Origin: Flavobacteriaceae bacterium
GTDB taxonomy: Bacteria; Bacteroidota; Bacteroidia; Flavobacteriales; Flavobacteriaceae
Assembly: GCA_018608485.1 (NCBI GenBank)
Contig: JABAZK010000163.1
Span: 39,961 to 103,960, forward strand
Length of the DNA: 64,000 bases
Direction of reading: 5' to 3'
Part shown: piece by piece, positions 9,305 through 20,500 of the stretch
Layout of the letters: each line of letters begins with the position of its first letter
Position numbering within the stretch: position 1 is the stretch's first letter
Notes under the pieces: generated by a model
Database searches by the model: none
Seen by the model: only the letters and a program-made list of their open reading frames with translations
Told to the model about the DNA's origin: nothing
Position numbers and translations under genes: made by a program

Positions 9305-9484
9305 ATGAAGCATCTAAAATACTTTTTATTGTTTGTTTTTTTTGCTGGAGTTTATAGCTTACTAAAGATATTTATCTTTAAAAATGAAATAGATAAATTA
9401 TTTATTTTGGAAACAATTGTAGCTAGTGTCATAGTGATAGTTGTAGTTTACTTTTTAAATAATTATTCAGAGACGAATAATTAA
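9305..9484 (+). CDS. Small 59-aa two-helix membrane protein (not in ORF track)
   Basis: Hand translation MKHLKYFLLFVFFAGVYSLLKIFIFKNEIDKLFILETIVASVIVIVVVYFLNNYSETNN*. A-rich leader. Confidence 0.6.
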   Translation: MKHLKYFLLFVFFAGVYSLLKIFIFKNEIDKLFILETIVASVIVIVVVYFLNNYSETNN

Positions 9485-9564
9485 ATTCATTCATAAGATT
9501 TCAAAATACTTGAAGTTAATAAATTCACTAATTATAGGTATCTTTCGCAATAAATTTACACTAT

Positions 9565-10020
9565 ATGAATATTACACCTAAAAGAATAAACAGATTTATG
9601 TTTTTTAAGCTGCCCCTTGCATATTTAGGTGGGGTACGAGTGGTTTCCATAGAAAAAGAGACAGCCATAGTAAACATTACTCATAAATGGATAAATCAAA
9701 ACCCTTTCAAATCTATGTTTTGGGCAGCACAAGGAATGGCTGCAGAAATGGCAACAGGTGTGCTGGTAATGAAGGGTATAGAAAACTTAGGAAAAAATGT
9801 CTCCATGTTGGTTACCAATCAGCGTGGTAATTTCACCAAGAAAGCCACTGGTAAAATTAGGTTTGAATGTCATCACGGAGGGTTAGTAGCTAATGCTCTA
9901 GAGGAATCTGCAGAGAATGGAGAGGGTAGAGTAATTACTATGAAGGCAGAGGGTTTTAACAAAGATGGCGTGTCTGTATGTAATTTTCACTTTGAGTGGA
10001 GTTTAAAAGTGAAGCAATAA
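9565..10020 (+). CDS. DUF4442 hotdog-fold thioesterase-like protein
   Basis: NQNPFKSMFWAAQGMAAEMATG and FTKKATG motifs. Confidence 0.88.
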   Translation: MNITPKRINRFMFFKLPLAYLGGVRVVSIEKETAIVNITHKWINQNPFKSMFWAAQGMAAEMATGVLVMKGIENLGKNVSMLVTNQRGNFTKKATGKIRFECHHGGLVANALEESAENGEGRVITMKAEGFNKDGVSVCNFHFEWSLKVKQ

Positions 10021-10031
10021 ATAGCTTTTAA

Positions 10032-10727
10032 TTATTTTTCAGTTTCCTTAATGTTTTTAATAAATTCTGCTAGTTTTTCACCATAATAAGACTGCTTTAC
10101 TTTTTTAGTCAAAGAATTATTAATACTATCTAAGTACTTTACATTAGCATTTACCAGTTCAGTTAAAGTTATATAAGCAGCTGCTTCTGTATCTGAGTTA
10201 TTTAAAGCAAAATTAATGGTGAAAATGTATTTTTTTAAATTTTGTTTTTCAGCTTGTTTTCTCAAAGATTGAGAAGTTTCTATATCACTGTCTATTTGAG
10301 CTTGCATATTTGCGGCTAAAAGATCTAGTTGCTTATCCTGAAACTTACTAGCTACCTCTTTATACTTTTCCAATATTTTTTGATTGTTAGATCCATCAAT
10401 TCTTGGCGAGATACCAAATTTTTCTATTTGATCATTGACAGTAATAATTCCCTCTTCACCAAAAAAAGAAAGTGTACTTTGGTTTTGATCTAAACTTAGA
10501 AAATACATTTCTGGGGAGGTAATATTATCTGAAAGCGTAAAGGAGTCTTTTCCAAATAAATGAATAGAATCTATAGAAACTATTAAGGTATCTCTCATTT
10601 TTTTTAGATATAATGTTCCTTTTTTTATTCCTTTAATTTTTCCTTGAACTACCATATTACCCAACTCTTTTTCTTTAGAGCAAGCAACTATTAAGAGCAA
10701 TAAACCAATTACCAATATTTTCTTCAT
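10032..10727 (-). CDS. DUF4369-domain lipoprotein
   Basis: Start moved to ATG 10727 (MKKILVIGLLLLIVAC lipobox). GKIKGIKKGTLYL motif. Confidence 0.82.
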   Translation of the reverse strand: MKKILVIGLLLLIVACSKEKELGNMVVQGKIKGIKKGTLYLKKMRDTLIVSIDSIHLFGKDSFTLSDNITSPEMYFLSLDQNQSTLSFFGEEGIITVNDQIEKFGISPRIDGSNNQKILEKYKEVASKFQDKQLDLLAANMQAQIDSDIETSQSLRKQAEKQNLKKYIFTINFALNNSDTEAAAYITLTELVNANVKYLDSINNSLTKKVKQSYYGEKLAEFIKNIKETEK

Positions 10728-10768
10728 AAGATTATAAAACTTTAGGCTGCAAATATGCAGATTTCTAT

Positions 10769-12076
10769 TTAAACAGATGCAGCTAATTCTAATAAAATAG
10801 TACATCCAATGGCAGCTACAGTACCTATAGCATAACCAAAAACAGCTAACAATACACCTACTGTTGCTAATGAGGGGTGAAATGCTGAAGCTACAATAGG
10901 AGCAGAGGCTGCACCTCCAACATTAGCTTGGCTACCAACTGCTAAAAAGAAGTAAGGAGCTTTAATTAGTTTGGCTACTAAAATTAAAAGCCCAGCATGA
11001 ACAGACATCCAAACAATTCCAATAATAATTAAACCCCAGTTGTCAAAAATCATGGTTAAATCCATTTTCATTCCAATGGTAGCAACCAATATATAAATAA
11101 AAATACTTCCAATTTTACTGGCTCCTGCTCCTTCATAATTTTTTGCTTTAGTATAGGAAAGTAAAACAGCAATAATTGTAGAAATACTAACTAACCAGAA
11201 AAATTTAGATCCTAAGAAAGTAAATATATTTCGTGTAATTTCAGATGAAATACCACTAATAAGGCCTTTAAAAAATCCAGCTAGAAAACTAGCTGCAAAG
11301 TGTCCAAAACCAACTGTGCCAAATGCAATGGCTAGAATAATCATATAATCTGTAAGCGTTGGATTCTTTTGTATTTTTTGAGTAAAAGAAATTACTTTTT
11401 CTTTTAATTCTTCGATAGCAGAAGTGTCTGCTTTAAGCCATTTATTGATAGCGTCTTTTTTACCAATACCGATTAGTAAAATAGCCATCCAAACATTAGC
11501 AACAACAATATCTACAAAGATCATTCCTCCATATTTTGCAGGATTGTATTGATAAATTTCTAACATAGCAGTTTGGTTAGCACCGCCACCAATCCAACTT
11601 CCTGCAAGTGTAGAAAGACCACGCCAAACAGCATCAAAATCTGCACCACCAACAGTTTCTGGAGATACCAAAGAAATAAGTAATATGGCTATAGGGCCTC
11701 CAATAATAATCCCAACAGTACCCGTAAAAAACATAATTAATGCTTTAGAACCCAAATTAAAAATAGCCTTTAAATCTATACTTAAAGTCATTAATACTAG
11801 GGCAGCAGGTAGTAAAAATCTACTGGCTACATAGTATAATTGAGAACTTCCTTTTACAACTTCACCACTAGTATTTGTGTTTTGCCATTCGGGAGCTATA
11901 GCGCCTATGGTGGTGAAGATAGCTGGTATAAAATAGGCTATAAATAGACCAGGTACAATTTTGTAAAATTTATGCCAAAAGCCACTTGTTTTAGATTCTG
12001 TATAAAATACAAAACCAAGTGATATCATTAAAATTCCGAATACGATTGCATCATTGGTGAAAAGTGGTTGTTCCAT
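10769..12076 (-). CDS. DUF819-family multi-pass membrane protein
   Basis: GSWIGGGANQ and GSQANVGGAASA motifs. About 11 TM segments. Confidence 0.9.
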   Translation of the reverse strand: MEQPLFTNDAIVFGILMISLGFVFYTESKTSGFWHKFYKIVPGLFIAYFIPAIFTTIGAIAPEWQNTNTSGEVVKGSSQLYYVASRFLLPAALVLMTLSIDLKAIFNLGSKALIMFFTGTVGIIIGGPIAILLISLVSPETVGGADFDAVWRGLSTLAGSWIGGGANQTAMLEIYQYNPAKYGGMIFVDIVVANVWMAILLIGIGKKDAINKWLKADTSAIEELKEKVISFTQKIQKNPTLTDYMIILAIAFGTVGFGHFAASFLAGFFKGLISGISSEITRNIFTFLGSKFFWLVSISTIIAVLLSYTKAKNYEGAGASKIGSIFIYILVATIGMKMDLTMIFDNWGLIIIGIVWMSVHAGLLILVAKLIKAPYFFLAVGSQANVGGAASAPIVASAFHPSLATVGVLLAVFGYAIGTVAAIGCTILLELAASV

Positions 12077-12113
12077 GATTTAGATTTTAGCTAAAATACT
12101 AAAATAGTAGTGT

Positions 12114-12144
12114 AAAAAAAGCGAAGTTAAAAAACTTCGCTTTT
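12114..12144 (-). terminator. Rho-independent terminator of the VPS10-type gene
   Basis: AAAAGCGAAGTT-aaaa-AACTTCGCTTTT stem with a T7 tail on the minus strand, just after the stop at 12149. Confidence 0.85.
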
Positions 12145-12148
12145 GAGA

Positions 12149-15100
12149 TTAAAATTTTTGTATTTCCTTAAAAGGAGAAATACGAATAGTTTCTAATGTT
12201 GTTTTGTAGGTTTTCCAATCTGTTTCAAAAAACGAATTAGTTTTTTTAACAGCATCATTAAATGCTTTTTTAAATTGGCTTATCAATCGTTCTTCAGTGG
12301 AGGTTAGATGTCCAAATCTGCTTCCAACGTATCTTCGCGCAGAGAAGTAGCGCCTATTAACGGTAACCTCTGGGTTTCTTGTAATACCTTGGCGTTTGTC
12401 TACACTTCCTATATATACAGCAATAAGCTTGTCTATTTTTGTGATGATGTCTTTAGATAACTTTATTTGATCTTTATATTTTTTTTTGTCTTCTTTGGTA
12501 AGGTCTTTTTTAAATGTTGTAGCCGTTTGTTTACTCTCTACTAATTGCTTTACAATATCTGCCATCAACTGCTGATCTTTCTCTAAATCTTTGCTCGTAT
12601 TATAAATCTCTGTAATGGCTTTTGAAGACATTTCTAATCTTGGATCAAATTCAACTTTTATAGTACTTTTAGATGTTTGATCTCCAAAATGCATTTTTAA
12701 ATTATAGATTCCTGGCTTCACAGAAACACCTCCAGATTCAAAGCTTCTTTTTCTAATTTTCCTTGACGGTCTATCTGCACCTTTTTCGTTCATGTACCAG
12801 TACATTCTATGAACTCCGTTCTCTTTAGGTGCTTTTTGTTTTAGTGTTCTAATTAAACGAGATCCTTCAAAAACTTCTAATTTAATAGAGTCAAATTTTA
12901 CGGCTGAAACAGTCTCTTTTACTGCTTCTGTTGTGACTGCTTTTTTAGTTCTTTTACGCTTCTTTTTTGTTTTGGTATTGCTTTCTCCTTTCTTTTCTTC
13001 AGTTGCATCTGACCTATTAATATAATACGAAATCATAGCTCCAGATTTTTTGTTTTCTCCGTTAAATAAGGCATCACCTCCAAATCGACTTCCTGTAGGT
13101 TGTTGATAAGCTGCTTGGTATGCAGTTGGGGGGGTAAATAACTGAAGTTTTTTATTTAATACATTTCCATTAGCCATAGCACGAAGCGGTCTAATATCAT
13201 CTAAAACCCATGCTGCTCTACCAAAAGTACCAATTACTAAATCATGTTCTCTAGGTTGTATTACCAAATCTTTTGTAGAAACTGTTGGAAAACCAGCAGT
13301 CCATTTCATCCATTGGTTCCCGGCATTTAAAGAGATATACAAGCCATCATCTGTTCCTAAGAACAGTAAGTTAGCATTAATAGGATCTTCAACGATGCTT
13401 AGGGTATAGCTTTTAACATCGTTTTCATCAACAATTCTGGACCAAGTAGTACCGTAATCTTTTGTCCTGTAGGCATAAGGAGTATAATTAAAACGTCTAT
13501 AATCGTTGGCAATTAATAAGGCCTCTCCTTTGTTTTTGTTGGAAGCTTTTATTTGTGCTATCCAACTACCTGTAGGTAATCCTGGAATATTAGCACTAAC
13601 ATCTGTCCAGTTTCCACCTCCATTTTTAGTTATATGAACTCTACCGTCATCAGACCCAATCCAAAGTAAATCTTTTTCAACTTCTGAGGGTTCTATCACT
13701 AGTATAGTAGTATGGTTTTCTGCACCAGTTGCATCCATAGTTAATCCACCACTTTCTCCTTGTTTTTGTTTTTCTTTATCGTTGGTAGTTAAATCACCAG
13801 ATATAATAGTCCAGGTAAGTCCTTTGTCTGTAGATTTATGCACAAACTGGCTTCCAAAATACAAGGTGCTAGTATCAAAAGGATCCATATTTATGGCAGA
13901 ATTCCAGTTAAAACGAAGGGCCACATTAGGGTCTGGGTGTGTAGGTTTTACAGAATAATTATTTCCTGTGATATGGTCATATCTCACCACAGAACCCTGC
14001 TGACTCATAGACCATCCGTAACGAGAATCGTCTTTGTCTGGCACCACATCAAAACCGTCTCCAAAACTAATTTCTTGCCAATATGAATTTCTAATTCCTT
14101 GGGCTTTCCATACATATGCTGGACCTCTCCATGAGCCATTGTCTTGCATTCCGCCGTAAACGTTGTATGGATATTCATTGTCAACATTAATGTGATAAAA
14201 TTGAGCTACAGGTAAATTTCCAATAAAACGCCAAGTAGCTCCTTTATCTTTGGTAATATTCATTCCCCCATCATTTCCGTCAATCATAAATGAACCGTCA
14301 TCAGGATGAATCCACCATGCGTGATGATCTGGGTGAACACCATTAGAAACTCCATAGGCTGGCATTAATTCTTTAAAGTTTTTTCCACCATCATCAGAAA
14401 CATTCACATAAGTAAATACTGTGTAGATTCTATTTTCATTTTGTGGGTCAACATAAATTTCTGAGTAATAAAAAGGTCTATTTCCAATACCAGGTTTATC
14501 ATTTATTTTTTTCCACTTAAACCCACCATCTTCACTTTTATATAGTGCGTTCTTTTTTGCCTCTACCAAAGCGTAAATAACATTTGGATTACTTCTTGAA
14601 ATAGCAACACCAATTCTTCCTAATTCCCCTTTTGGAAAGCCTTCTTTTTCGGTCACTTCTTTCCAAGTATCGCCACCATCGTGGGTAATGAATAAACCAC
14701 TGCCTTCACCACCTGATTTAAAAAACCAGGGATCGCGTTTGTGTTCCCACATGGCAGCAATTAATTTGTTTGGATTTGAAGGATCCATCACCAAATCTGC
14801 AACACCAGTTTTAATATTCTTATATAGAATTTGTTTCCATGTTTTTCCACCATCTATGGTTTTGTATACACCTCTTTCTTTATGTTCTCCCCAGGGGGAT
14901 CCTATAGCGCCCACATATACCGTATTTGGATTTGTTGGATCAATGATAATTCTATGAATGTGACGGGTTTTTTCAAGTCCCATAGGCACCCAGTTTTTCC
15001 CACCATCTAAAGATTTATAAATACCATATCCGCCATTTAGGCTGTTTCGAGGATTTCCTTCACCAGTTCCTGCCCAAATAACACTCGGGTTAGATTGTTG

Positions 15101-15376
15101 AATAGCTACAGCACCAATAGAGGCAGTTATTTCTTTGTCAAAAATTGGGTCCCATTTAATTCCTCCAGATGTAGATTTCCATAGACCTCCTGAGGCTGTC
15201 CCAACATACATAATGTCTGGATTTGAATTTACAACATCTATAGAGGTTACTCGACCACTCATACCACCTGGACCAATATTTCTAGGAGTCATATTTTTAA
15301 CCAAATCCATGGAGAATTCTTGTGAGAATAAAGAAAATGAGAATATTGTAAGTAGTATAGTAAAGATTTTTTTCAT
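12149..15376 (-). CDS. Secreted BNR/Asp-box repeat (VPS10/sortilin-like) glycosyl hydrolase-like protein
   Basis: RNIGPGGMSGRV, many S/TxDGGxTW Asp-boxes and a signal peptide. Confidence 0.9.
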   Translation of the reverse strand: MKKIFTILLTIFSFSLFSQEFSMDLVKNMTPRNIGPGGMSGRVTSIDVVNSNPDIMYVGTASGGLWKSTSGGIKWDPIFDKEITASIGAVAIQQSNPSVIWAGTGEGNPRNSLNGGYGIYKSLDGGKNWVPMGLEKTRHIHRIIIDPTNPNTVYVGAIGSPWGEHKERGVYKTIDGGKTWKQILYKNIKTGVADLVMDPSNPNKLIAAMWEHKRDPWFFKSGGEGSGLFITHDGGDTWKEVTEKEGFPKGELGRIGVAISRSNPNVIYALVEAKKNALYKSEDGGFKWKKINDKPGIGNRPFYYSEIYVDPQNENRIYTVFTYVNVSDDGGKNFKELMPAYGVSNGVHPDHHAWWIHPDDGSFMIDGNDGGMNITKDKGATWRFIGNLPVAQFYHINVDNEYPYNVYGGMQDNGSWRGPAYVWKAQGIRNSYWQEISFGDGFDVVPDKDDSRYGWSMSQQGSVVRYDHITGNNYSVKPTHPDPNVALRFNWNSAINMDPFDTSTLYFGSQFVHKSTDKGLTWTIISGDLTTNDKEKQKQGESGGLTMDATGAENHTTILVIEPSEVEKDLLWIGSDDGRVHITKNGGGNWTDVSANIPGLPTGSWIAQIKASNKNKGEALLIANDYRRFNYTPYAYRTKDYGTTWSRIVDENDVKSYTLSIVEDPINANLLFLGTDDGLYISLNAGNQWMKWTAGFPTVSTKDLVIQPREHDLVIGTFGRAAWVLDDIRPLRAMANGNVLNKKLQLFTPPTAYQAAYQQPTGSRFGGDALFNGENKKSGAMISYYINRSDATEEKKGESNTKTKKKRKRTKKAVTTEAVKETVSAVKFDSIKLEVFEGSRLIRTLKQKAPKENGVHRMYWYMNEKGADRPSRKIRKRSFESGGVSVKPGIYNLKMHFGDQTSKSTIKVEFDPRLEMSSKAITEIYNTSKDLEKDQQLMADIVKQLVESKQTATTFKKDLTKEDKKKYKDQIKLSKDIITKIDKLIAVYIGSVDKRQGITRNPEVTVNRRYFSARRYVGSRFGHLTSTEERLISQFKKAFNDAVKKTNSFFETDWKTYKTTLETIRISPFKEIQKF

Positions 15377-15567
15377 CAGTAAAGGTTTAATTAATTCTTA
15401 ATGATTTAAAGGTACGAGTTCTCATTTTTAAAAAATCTTAAAGAAATGTTAATGGAATTTTTTCTAATCAATTAAAAATAGTTAGTTCTTTATATTAATA
15501 TGTTTGTTTTTTTTAAATTTTGCCTCCACAATTTTTTTACCTTAGCTATATGATAAAACATAACATT

Positions 15568-16353
15568 ATGTTAAGAGGTAAATTATTAGTTTTTTTTCTG
15601 TTTTTAGGAGTAGTATCTTTTGCAACAAATCACAAACCAGTCTGGGGGCAAACGGGTCACAGAGTTGTTGGAGAAATAGCCTATAACCATCTAACAAAAA
15701 AAGCGAAAAGAAATATAGAGAAATTATTAAAAGGAGAGGGTTTAGCTACCATATCTACCTATGCAGATGAAATTAAATCTGATAATTCTTATAGAAAATA
15801 TAGTTCCTGGCATTATGTGAATTTTGAAGTAGGAGAAACCTACGAAACATCAGAGAAAAACCCAAAAGGAGACCTAGTTCAAGGAATTAAAATATGCCAG
15901 CAGATAATCTTAGATCCCAAATCTAATGATGAAGAAAAAATATTTCACTTGAAACTATTAGTTCATTTGTTAGGAGATTTACATCAACCTTTACATACCG
16001 GAAGGGCAGAAGATAGAGGAGGGAATACGATAAAAGTTAAATGGTTTAGAGGGAAAACAAACTTACATTCAGTTTGGGATACAAAAATGATTGAGTCTTA
16101 TAATATGACTTACACTGAGTTGTCTGATAATTTAGATTATTTTTCAAAAAATCAAAAAGAAGCTATTCAAAAAGGAACTGTTATAGATTGGGTTAATGAA
16201 TCTAGGGAACTCGCGATGATGGTTTATGATTCCGCAAAAATTGACCAAAATTTAAGCTATAGATATATGTACGATCATTTTTCAACTGTAAAAACTCAAC
16301 TAAAAAAAGGGGGCTTGCGTTTGGCTAAAGTTTTAAACCAATTATTTGGTTAG
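15568..16353 (+). CDS. S1/P1 nuclease
   Basis: WGQTGH after the signal peptide, HLLGDLHQPLH, GGN and NLHSVWD. Start taken at ATG 15568. Confidence 0.93.
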   Translation: MLRGKLLVFFLFLGVVSFATNHKPVWGQTGHRVVGEIAYNHLTKKAKRNIEKLLKGEGLATISTYADEIKSDNSYRKYSSWHYVNFEVGETYETSEKNPKGDLVQGIKICQQIILDPKSNDEEKIFHLKLLVHLLGDLHQPLHTGRAEDRGGNTIKVKWFRGKTNLHSVWDTKMIESYNMTYTELSDNLDYFSKNQKEAIQKGTVIDWVNESRELAMMVYDSAKIDQNLSYRYMYDHFSTVKTQLKKGGLRLAKVLNQLFG

Positions 16354-16380
16354 AATATATAAGTAGAATAGTTAATTATA

Positions 16381-17409
16381 TTATTCTGATACTGTCAGTC
16401 TAGCTTGAGCTTTTACAGAAATATCTGCATAAATTTTGCTTTTATATTTTAAGTATCCAGTGATTGCTATCATAGCAGCGTTGTCTGTTGTATACTCGAA
16501 TTTCGGAATATAAGTAGTCCATCCCCAGTGTTTTTGAGCCAGCTGTAGTCTTTTTCTAATTTCAGAATTTGCAGAAACCCCACCGGCAATAGCTACATGT
16601 TTAATACCTGTTTTTTTAACTGTGTTTTTTAGTTTTTCAATTAAAATTTCTACAATGGTGTGTTGAATTGATGCACAAATATCATATAAGTTTTCTTCAA
16701 TAAATTTTGGATTTTCTTTTAAATTTCTTTGAATAAAATAAAGAATTCCTGTTTTTAGACCACTAAAGCTAAAGTCTAGATCACCTACTTTTGGTTTGGT
16801 AAATGAAAACTTTTTAGGATTTCCTAGTTGAGCATACTTATCAACTAAAGGTCCACCTGGATAGGGTAAACCTAAAATTTTAGCAGATTTGTCAAAAGCT
16901 TCCCCTACAGCATCATCAATTGTTTCTCCTAAGACCTCAAATGTAAAATAATCAGTTACTCTAACAATTTGAGTATGACCTCCACTAATTGTCAGACAAA
17001 CAAAAGGAAAAGGAGGGATCTCTGTATTTTCTTCTTTAATGAAGTGAGCTAAAATGTGTCCTTGCATATGATTTACATCTATCAAAGGGATGTCTAAACC
17101 CAAAGCCAACGATTTGGCAAATGAAGTTCCTACTAGTAAAGACCCCATTAACCCTGGACCTCTAGTAAAAGAAATAGCATGTAGATCTTCTTTAGTAATG
17201 CCGGCTTGCTCAATGGCTTGTTGAACCACTGGAACAATATGTTGTTGATGTGCTCTGGAAGCTAATTCTGGAACCACACCTCCATATTTTGCATGTATTT
17301 CTTGATTGGCTACTATATTACTAAGGACTCTGCCATTACAAATTACTGCAGCGCTAGTGTCATCGCAAGATGATTCAATTCCTAAAATATATGTATTTTG
17401 TGTAGTCAT
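16381..17409 (-). CDS. tsaD: tRNA N6-threonylcarbamoyltransferase subunit TsaD
   Basis: ILGIESSCDDT, GGVVPELASRAH, HMQGH and TDNAAMIA. Confidence 0.97.
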   Translation of the reverse strand: MTTQNTYILGIESSCDDTSAAVICNGRVLSNIVANQEIHAKYGGVVPELASRAHQQHIVPVVQQAIEQAGITKEDLHAISFTRGPGLMGSLLVGTSFAKSLALGLDIPLIDVNHMQGHILAHFIKEENTEIPPFPFVCLTISGGHTQIVRVTDYFTFEVLGETIDDAVGEAFDKSAKILGLPYPGGPLVDKYAQLGNPKKFSFTKPKVGDLDFSFSGLKTGILYFIQRNLKENPKFIEENLYDICASIQHTIVEILIEKLKNTVKKTGIKHVAIAGGVSANSEIRKRLQLAQKHWGWTTYIPKFEYTTDNAAMIAITGYLKYKSKIYADISVKAQARLTVSE

Positions 17410-17559
17410 AAATGATTTTTACAAAATTAGCTATTATAAAATAGTCTGTTTCTTTTTAAATGAGAAATTTATTAGTTTATTAATTTTATCGTTCTTTGTA
17501 TAGAAAGGGGCTATTTTTGCGTTACTATCCCAAAGTCAACATTTATAATTTAAAAGCAA

Positions 17560-20500
17560 ATCAAAAAGAATTTTAAAATACTGTTCAAGTGGTTAAAGTA
17601 CCTAGTTTTATTCTTGGTATTTCTTATCATTACTTTTTCAATTCCTGCGGTTCAAACAAAACTAGCTGGGTTAGTTACAGAGAACTTAAATGAAGATTTT
17701 GGAACAAGTTTAAAGATTAGTAAAGTAGATCTTTCCTTCCTTGGATCTGTTTCTCTTAAAGGTATAGAAATAAAAGATCATCATCAAGACACATTAATTT
17801 ACGTAGAAAGATTAAGGTCTTCTTTATTAGATGTAAAAAGAATTTTAGAAAATAACATTCAATTAAAAAGTACCTCACTCAAAGGAGTATATGTAAATGT
17901 TAAGAATTACAAAGATGAAGAAATTGATAATTTAACTGTATTTGTAGATAAATTTGAAGATGATAATCCAACAGATCCTTCATCAAATCCTTTTAAAATA
18001 AGTTCTTCAAATATTTATTTTGAGAATATTAATTACAAACAAATTGATGAAAATAAAACCATTCCATTAGATTTTGCAGCTTATCATGGTGGAGGGAGTC
18101 TTCAAGATTTTTCTATTGTAGGTCCAAATGTTTTTTTGAAAATAAGAGGACTCTATTTTATAGAAAATCGAGGTTTAGAAATTACTAATTTGACTACAGA
18201 TTTTAAGTATACAAAATCTCAAATGCAGTTTTATAACACAATTCTTCAAACAAATACTTCTACTTTGTTTGCTGATATAGATTTTAATTATGAGAGGGAA
18301 AACTTGAGCAAATTTATTGAATTGGTAAATATCAATGCCAATTTTAAGAATAGTTTTGTATCAACTACAGACTTAAAAAAAATTTACAAGGAATTTGATG
18401 GAAATGATATTTTAAGATTTGAAACCACTCTAAAGGGGTCCCTCAATAATTTTTCTTTACAAAGTTTAAATTTAAGTTCAGACAAAGGCATTGAAATTAT
18501 TGGAGATGTAAACTTAATTAATTCCGTAAAACAAGAAGAGTTTTTTTTATCTGCAAATCTAGAAAATGCTTCAGCAGATTATTTTAAATTAAAAGAAGTA
18601 TTTCCAAACCTATTAGGAAAGACCCTACCAACAGAATTGATAAAATTTGGAGAATTTTCATTGTCAGGATTTACAAAAATTACACCTAGTTCAATAGAGG
18701 CAACTTTAGATATTAACTCTGAAATTGGTAAGGTAGTTGCAGATTTAGAATTAAATAATTTTGATAGTTTAGATAATGCAGTATATAATGGAGAAGTATT
18801 GTTGGATAAATTTGATTTAGGAAATTTATTTGATGATGATACTTTTGGAAATTTTTCATTTGAGGGACTGGTAGATGGAAAAGGATTTAGATTAGAAAAT
18901 ATTAACACACAACTTATAGGAACTATTTCTCAAATAGAGTTTAATAAGTATAATTATCAAAATATAACCGTCAATGGTCTATATCAAAACAATTTATTCA
19001 ATGGTAAGCTTGGGTTTGTTGATGATAATTTAAACGGAACTTTTGAAGGATTAGCAGATTTATCTGAGGAAATTAATAAATTTGATTTTAAAACAACTAT
19101 AAATTACGCTAACCTAAGAGCATTAAATCTTTATTCTAGAGATAGTGTTTCTGAGTTAAGCGGAGTAATTGATTTAGATTTAACAGGTAATAAATTAGAC
19201 AATGTTATAGGTATAGCAAATTTTAAAAATATTGAATATACCAATGAAAAAGAATTGTATCCATTTAAACAATTTTTAATTTTCTCTACCCTTAAAGACG
19301 GAGTTAGACAAATAAGAATTGACTCTGAAGATATTATAAAAGGTGAGTTGATAGGTGATTTTAAGTTTGAAGAAATGCTACCTCTTGCACAAAATGCTTT
19401 GGGAAGTATGTACTCCAATTATACTCCATATGAAGTTTCATTAAATCAATTTCTGAAGTTTGATTTTGTAATATATAATAAAATAGTAGATGTTTTTTAT
19501 CCAGAAATATCAGTCGCTCCAGGTACTAAGATTATTGGTAGTATTAAATCAGATGATAATCAATTAAAAGTAAAAATTAACTCGCCAAAAATCACAGCCT
19601 TTGAAATCATCATAGATTCGTTGTCTTTAAATACAGATAATAAGCGAAGTCTATATGACACTTCCTTAAGTGCTAAAAGTATAAAAACACCATCATACTC
19701 TCTATCTAAAGTATTGCTTTTTAATAAAACAATTAATGATACGTTATTTTTTAAATCAGTTTTTAATGGTGGAGTTTCTGAAAAAGAGAAATTTAATTTA
19801 GATTTCTTTTACACAATAGACAACAATAAAAAATCTGTTCTAGGAATAGAGAAATCTACATTTAATTACAAGGGCAACGTATGGGATCTAAATCCAGATA
19901 ATAATTCTGAAAATAAGATGATTTTTGATATAAATGCAAATGAATATGTGTTTTCACCATTTAGATTAAAATCCAATGAACAAGAAATTAATTTCAAAGG
20001 AACTGTTAGAGACTCTACATTTAAAAATATTGATATAGATTTTACTAATGTATATTTAAAAAGTTTTTTACCAACAATAGATAGCCTAAAATTAAAGGGA
20101 AAGTTAGACGGTACTGTAACTATTTATCAAAAGGAAGGTGTCTACGGACCAAAAGGAAATCTGTCGGTTGAAGATTTTGAAATTAATAATTTTAAACAAG
20201 GTGATTTATCTTTAAATATTGAAGGTGAAAGCTCTTATGAAAAATATGATGTTAACTTTTCTTTAGAAAGAGAGCAAGTAAAAAGTATTTCTGCCATAGG
20301 CTCCTTGGATTTTTCAGAAACAAGACCAAAAATAGATGTTAGTGTTAATCTTGAAGAGTTTGAGTTAAATGCTTTTAGTCCTTTAGGTGAAGACGTCTTG
20401 TCAAAAATAAGAGGTGATGCTACAGGTGATTTTACTTTGAGGGGGTTTCTTAGAAACCCTGAAATGGAAGGCAAGTTATTGCTCAAAGATGCAGGATTAC

